From the human T2T-CHM13v2.0 reference genome, Homo sapiens, in assembly GCF_009914755.1 (NCBI RefSeq), contig NC_060933.1: a stretch of 64,000 bases of DNA, one strand, 5' to 3'. Position numbers and translations under genes: made by a program. The notes beneath the pieces were generated by a model. That model had not been told where the DNA came from. It saw only the letters and a program-made list of their open reading frames with translations, and made no database searches. This document shows positions 57,384 through 64,000 of the stretch, piece after piece (within the stretch, counting starts at the first letter, position 1; each line of letters opens with the position of its first letter).

Positions 57384-58260
57384 AAACATATGTTTATTCT
57401 TCTAAAAAAAAAGTAATGAAGTTATTTCTAAATTACTATATTTTAAACTCAATCAGTTCCTTCTTCTCCAGGTTAAAGATTCTCCAGGAACAAGAAAAGG
57501 TTCACATTCATGCACGACCCTTACCAACTTTTCAATCCTTTCGTCCACTCCTTTTTTAAAAGCGGTCAATCTCTCGTGGCTCTTCTAATATCTAAGCTTT
57601 ACCTAAGGAGTGAGCAGTTTTTCCTATGACCCAATTTTATGGAAGATCCTAGGACACATAAGTGATCAAACGGCTTGTCCAAAGTTGCATAGCAACTATT
57701 AAAACTTATGTTCTCTATATGGACAGCCTATTCAGACACAATACTTCTTGAATCGTTATGATGCAATCCTAAAATAATGCGAAGCTAAATGATTTTTCAG
57801 TAGTTTAAATGTTTCTGGGAAACTTACCTTCCCCTAACCTCCCTCACCCTTCCCACCATTCACCAATACATTCAAAATCTTTTTCAGAATCTTTTTTTAA
57901 ACCTTTAGCTATTTTCTATATCTAAGTTGGAAGCAATTATTAGTATCACTGAACTCTATATACTAATTGACGTTTTAAAGAGAGGCCAATTCTATAAATC
58001 AAATTTAGTTTGGATTGTCTCCATTAAGCAAAGGAAATTCTAATGTTTTATGGACAATCTGGTGGAAGCTCTGTAAGATGTGTGTTAAATATATATGACA
58101 ATAAATAAGTAATAGCCTGTAAAGTATTTCTTACTGAGCACTAACTTTCTGGAGTAGATACACTGCAACTATCTGAGGTAGATAAATCATCAAAACTGTC
58201 AAATTTTTTTTGTAGGTCATTAATGTAAACATCATTTAAATGTAAATCAATTAAGATTTA

Positions 58261-58489
58261 TGCTCACGCCTGTAAATCCCAGCACTTTTGGAGGCTGAGG
58301 CAGGCAGATTACTTGAGGCCAGGAGTTTGAGACCAGCCTGGCCAACGTGGTGAAACCCCGTCTCTACCAAAAAATACAAAAAAGTAGCCAGGTGCGGTGG
58401 CACACACCTGTAATCCCAGCTACTTGAGAGGCTGAGACATGAGAATCACTTGGACCTGGGAGGTGGAGGTTGCAGTGAGCCAAGATCGG
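58261..58489 (+). mobile_element. Alu (AluS-like), truncated at both ends
   Basis: gctcacgcctgtaaatcccagcac...gcagtgagccaagatcg then an abrupt switch to L2-like sequence; no tail. Confidence 0.92.
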
Positions 58490-60485
58490 CTCATGTATTC
58501 CAAACACCTGGTAATGTTTGGAACACAGTAGGTGCTCTGTAATGCTTATTAAATTTATATTTAATTTACAATAATGACCTTTAAATATTGTTTTAAAAAA
58601 AGAATATATACTCTATGCCATGTAGAAGCTCAGAGGCTGCCTGAAGAGACAGAAATATACAAATAAAAAAATACATAAATCAAGAGGGGACAGATGATTC
58701 TTCCTAGGAAAGGTGGGCAAGGGCATATCATAAAAGATATCAAAAGAAGGTGACCTTAGGGACAATGCCGTGAAAAAACGACCTGATTTCCCACCTTTCT
58801 AAGACATATTTCACTCTTTTACCAAGATGATCTTTATAAGACCCAAAACTGATTAAGCTAAACATCTGCTAAAACCTTTACATATATTCTGAAAATAGTA
58901 TGCCATTCATGGCACCTTGATCTGGTCCCCATCAGCACCTGGGTCATACTTTAGCCTTTGGACTCCTTGTGTGTCTCCTGCATTTGATGTCTCCAAGTCT
59001 GTGCATAATGTTCCCCCTTTTTTCTCCCTGAAGTCCCCCAGGGTGAGGTCATCCCCTTTACATCCTCAACAATATGACACGAAGTCTATTATTGCCCTAT
59101 TTAGCCTTATAGCCCTAATCTTTGGGATAGGGCCTGGCACATTTGGTTAAGTCAAATGAACAGAAAACCATCAGTCTATAAACTATAAAAGTGCACAAGA
59201 AAGAAAGACAAAGCATACCGCTCTGTGTAAAATCATACAGTAGAAGTCAAACAGATAAATTTCTTGTGGCAAGCCAGGGAAACAGACACACAATTCCCAG
59301 GGCTAAGTCTCTCAGTCTAATGTAAGGCTCAATCCTACTTCCCAACTTCCTGAAGAAATATTTGGAAACAAGATAGGGTGGATAAGACATACTATTTTGA
59401 GTTAGAAATTATTTTTTGTCCATCTCCTATAAAGAGAAGAAATGTTTGTTGAAGGTCCATGTCCCTACTTTGCAAGCACTGAGGCAAGAAAGTTTTAATG
59501 ACCTTTATAGATAAACTTTCTACTCCTAGATGAAACTTCTTTTAGGAACTCTTTTTATTCTCTGACACCATGGCTTGAGGATCAACAGAAAAAGACAACT
59601 GGAAAAGCATAATTTTAATTTATAATGAGTTTGGTGCAAAGAAGGAGCTGTACAAGGTGAGTTTTCAGGTCCCCTGTGGCTCTAAAATTCTATGATTCCA
59701 TAACAATATAGCTTTTATATCAAGGGATATCAGAGGAGTAAATGAAACCCACAATGTAACCTGTTAACCTACAGATAGCCTCTTGCTAGAACTAAACTTA
59801 GTCATCCTGTGATAAAGGGCCCTTTTGTCATAGTTCTTTGCCTTAAGCAGGTGAAGAAATAGCCCATTGTCAATGAAAGAATACCATGAGATTTTTTTTA
59901 AGGCTTAGAACAGTCTCTTTCTTTCTCTCTAAAACATTATTAATTGATAATATAATAAAACAGTATATTTTTACAATTAAATATATAGCATGCCAGAAAC
60001 AAGACGTAACAGGTAAGAAACAAAAGCTTGACGGAAGGAATACAAATGCATGTATTTTATAGTAGGGAAATAAAAAGGTAAAACAAAAACATCTATATTA
60101 TTAAGGGTAATGGAGAGCAAACTATTCTCCTTGGGCCAAACCTTCTTCTCTCTTCCCCTCTCTCTGCCCAAAGTTTTCTACCTCACTCTTTGCAGTTTAC
60201 TGTCTCCCATGACTGATTCCTTGGGATTTACAGAACACTAGCTTTCCATAATCAAGTTTCCTATTACATAATTTGGCTTTTTTTTTTCCAGCACAGTTAA
60301 AACACCAGGCAGCTTCAGTTTTAATGGAAGGTTGCTTCATTGCTTTGGGTGACACAAAATTATAGTTCTACATTATTTTATTTTCTCTCTATTAGATGTG
60401 TATTAAAATAAGACAACGAAAGAACATGGGAAAACTGAGTGTTTTCCTTGCCTCTCATAAGCATGTAAATGTTTGGGAAATGGTT

Positions 60486-60519
60486 TCTCTCTCTCTCTCC
60501 CTCCTTCATTCTTCGCTCC

Positions 60520-60574
<55 letters not shown>

Positions 60575-60625
60575 CTGTGTCTCCCTTTATCTCCTGTCTC
60601 TCTCTGCTTCTGTCTCTCTGTCTCT
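60486..60625. repeat. Complex (CT)n/(GT)n/CT-rich microsatellite
   Basis: Interrupted GT run flanked by CT-rich tracts. Confidence 0.93.
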
Positions 60626-63600
60626 TTTCAATAGGGCATTAAATTATTTGGAGTCCACTTCACTGCAAAACTTAACTTAACAAGCTGTTCATGAAAAGTT
60701 TTAACTTTATCACTTTGTTAATGGAATCCCTGATCTTGTTTGTTGTTTGTTTGTTTGTTTTTTTAGTGAATCCGTACTCCTCCTAAACCCAGTTCTGAGC
60801 AATAAGAGAAATTAGACCTCTCTGAATATTTTGGCAGAACCAATATAATATTTGGGAGATGCAGTTTCCTGCATATTTTAAACTATTTACTATTTCAAGT
60901 ATGAAGGCCTATATCTTCAGATCCCTCTTTCTGTTGTTTAACATTGATTTTAAAATATACGTTTGATTTAGCAAAACGCATAGTTTAAAAAGATGTTGCT
61001 ACACTTAAGATCTTCATGATAAAATAATTTCATTAACCAAAGAAAACTACAGAACAAGAGAGTAGATATACAATATATCCTGTTTCATTCCTGAACATCC
61101 CAGTTGTTTTATCATTAAGCTTTCTTTTAAAGAGCCACTTTTTTGCTTAACAAGGGGATTAGGTACAAAGAGTCATATCCCAAGGATTAAAATAAGGATT
61201 TGTTAGCGCTCAAGACTGAAATTTGTCCACAGGGAATTAACTGAAAAAATAGGCCACTGAAATTTAAGGTGGAAAAAAAATCATATTATCAAAAATCATA
61301 TATCAAAAAAAATCAAAGCAAATCATTCTACCACAGGGGACTACTAATGAAACCCCTGCAAATATGAAACCCTGCACAAAAAGTGTTAAACCTGCCAACA
61401 TCTCTGACCAGAGGGCTGTGGTACTTCATTAAGTAGTACCAACCCACCCCCCACAACAATGGGAAGCTAGGATAATCATATCTGACCTTTCTGCCCTAAC
61501 CTAAGATTAAGTTCAATGACTTCCTACTGATCTAGGGATTGAGTGAACCAAAGGTCATAATCAGGATCACCTACAGTTCTTGCTTTTGAAGGCTTTAACC
61601 TACAGAATGCAAAAACACCGTACTGGTCATTGTCAAGATTGCTGACTTTCTACAGTGTGTTTTCAATTAAGTAAATAAAATGTGGTAATTAAATCAAGAT
61701 TGCATAATATGTTTTTGATTTGTAATCTTATTTAAATTAATTAACTGACTCAATCCTTGCTTAGTTTTTAAACTGGTCGAGTTAGGGAAAGAGTCCCTGG
61801 GAGCAAATCCAGTTTTCTATCTTTAAAAACAAGGCAAAGCAATCTGGCATACTTAAAAATATACATTAAATGCACCAGCATAATATAAATACAGAGGCAA
61901 GGGTGCTAATGTAGAGGAGGGAAGAGTTTTATGGCACGATTTTGACTAAAAGAAATAGCTCTCGCACTAGAGAGAAATAAACTAAAACATTATTTATTCA
62001 AAACATTTCTTTTCGAATTTTATGAAGATTGCATATTTGTTGGAAGCAAAACATTTCCAGCTGTATTTTAAGTTTCTGAAGAGGGTTGTAAGATTTATAA
62101 TCTTTCATAAATGCTGCCCATATCTTATAATATTAGATGAACACGCCACTGCGTACTTTGAGGAACAATTTGCCAACGCAGTTTGCCACATGAAAATAAT
62201 AAAGTCCTTTCCAAAACCCAGCCAGATCCAGTAGGAAAAGATGAGATGAATGTTCTTTCTTTTCCATCTGGGAGACATTTTGGATTTCAGCTATACTATG
62301 TAATATACATTTTTTCCCCTTGGAAACCAAGAAACCTGCATTTTACAACAAGGTATGCAGTGCAAAGAAAATGCTGGTGAAATAAGAATCTGAAAATGAA
62401 AACCAGAATGTCATCAGACTCAAGAACATAATCATGAAGGCAAATCGAAAAATCAATGCAGAATTTCAACATAAAACAAATGCAATGTTTATGATCCTAT
62501 TAGTCTTAAATTTTTCTCTTAAAAGGAAAGCATAGAAAAATAAGTGCTGTTTTACCTCCAAAGTCCTGAACAGCATTTATGTTACTACCTAGCACCATGA
62601 CTTACATATCTGGTTTATCCTGGAGTCTTCACGCATTATTCTAAATCCCACACATACAACACTCCTGTGTACACATGGCCCCTCTGTGTTATGTCACTTC
62701 ATGTATTTTCCCAACACTTAATATATCTAGGTTAAAATCAGACATAAGACTTTCTAATATTTCATTGGCAATCTTTCTTCTCAGGGAGCAGGACATGTTC
62801 TCTCCAAACTGCCTGGAGAGTCAGGACTCTGGGCTCTATCCGGCAACTGCCAAGCACTAGCACGCTGACTCTAAGCAAACCATTTCACGCACGAATCAGT
62901 TTTCATCTTGCCCAGTGGCAACTAGTTAATGAAAGGTAAGAGTTTAGTCTTAGTTGTTTTCAAAGGAATTAGAAATACTAGGAAAAAAATAATTTCACAC
63001 AACAGTGAAATATGCACAAGTATTTTTGTGGAAAAAGGCTATGAGATATATATATTTAATGTTCTTTAAGGTTTAATTAGTACTCCTCCTCCCCCTCCTA
63101 AAAAAAAAAAATCCCCACCTACTTGGTTGCACTGCCCCTTGCAAACGCTGACAACACAGGTAATTGAAGGGCTGGGTTAGAGTGCAACTCTTCTGCTACA
63201 TTTTAAAACCCATGGGGTCAAGAAACATGTTAGTCTTATTCACTGCCCTAGCATATTCCTGGCACATACTAGATGCTCAATCAGTATGTGTTGAATGACT
63301 AACCACTGTTTTACAGAGAACAAGATGATGACTGGTAGCAGTTAAAACAGTTCATCTTCCTTAAATTACAAACAAACTGCCAGTAATACCAATCATAACT
63401 TTCAGTTTTTGATTATTATCTACACATATTCTAATTTTTAAGTTTCTACAACCTCTCTACAAATACAAATGTAGTGATTGACTCAATGACCAAAAAGTCA
63501 TATTCTTATTTTTTCATTGCTCATTTTTTCATAGGCATATGTTCCTAAAAATTTTTTTAAATTGGATACAGATTTCTCTATCATGTTAGCTAAAAAGATA

Positions 63601-64000
63601 CTTTGCCAAATCATTAAAATGTTTATGTTTATATCCTTATGTGAGCTTAGAGAGAAGAAACTGGATGGGTTTTTTATATCTTATGTTACTTACATGTGAT
63701 TAATAACCAGTCCTTGTTTTATTATTAAATTATGGCTCTTAAGTCTGTGATACTATATTCATATAAAAATAAATGTATACATTTAATCTCAAGATGCATA
63801 GCAATTAACTGGATAACAGAGTAAGATGATGCATAGCCTACTTTCTACAAAGGTAAAGTAGATTTGTACGTGGGGTATTCATTACTGCTTCTGTTCATAA
63901 AATAACTTTATCAAAATATTAGAGGAAAAAAATCAGATAAGTCATCTGATGAACAGGAAGCTTGCTGATGTGGCAGATAATAGTATTAAATGTCCTAACA

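Noticed and set aside
61400-61420. Partial CTCF-like accagagggc
   Set aside because: Lacks the leading CC of the core motif; insufficient support.

Overview
AT-rich, CpG-depleted primate (very probably human) genomic DNA lying entirely inside NFIB (Nuclear Factor I/B), which is transcribed on the minus strand. Four consecutive internal coding exons are present: 53281-53228 (54 nt), 29392-29324 (69 nt), 23764-23644 (121 nt) and 20305-20187 (119 nt). All have canonical AG/GT ends and splice into one open frame, (D)[17 protein letters not shown]|[23 protein letters not shown]|[40 protein letters not shown]|[40 protein letters not shown]. This is the region just C-terminal of the NFI DNA-binding domain; the exon numbers 3-6 are from memory. 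The rest is intron carrying 16 Alus, old L1/L2/CR1/MIR fragments, a THE1 solo LTR, Tigger3a/MER5 elements and microsatellites. None of the supplied ORFs corresponds to a real exon. Best leads: (i) phase-symmetric exon blocks bracketed by inverted Alus, whose back-spliced 240/309/363-nt circles would be stop-free 'infinite' ORFs, plus a junction-spanning 56-aa ORF in another frame; (ii) a candidate L2-derived internal first exon giving a DNA-binding-domain-less NFIB behind a chain of uORFs; (iii) an L1-retrotransposed, polyadenylated LTR12 3' fragment with target-site duplications; (iv) a near-perfect 34-bp inverted repeat in unique sequence; (v) alternative donors just past the 54-nt exon; (vi) several motif-dense candidate enhancers. 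I cannot establish a wholly new biological system from sequence alone. Repeat subfamily calls and boundaries are by eye and approximate.
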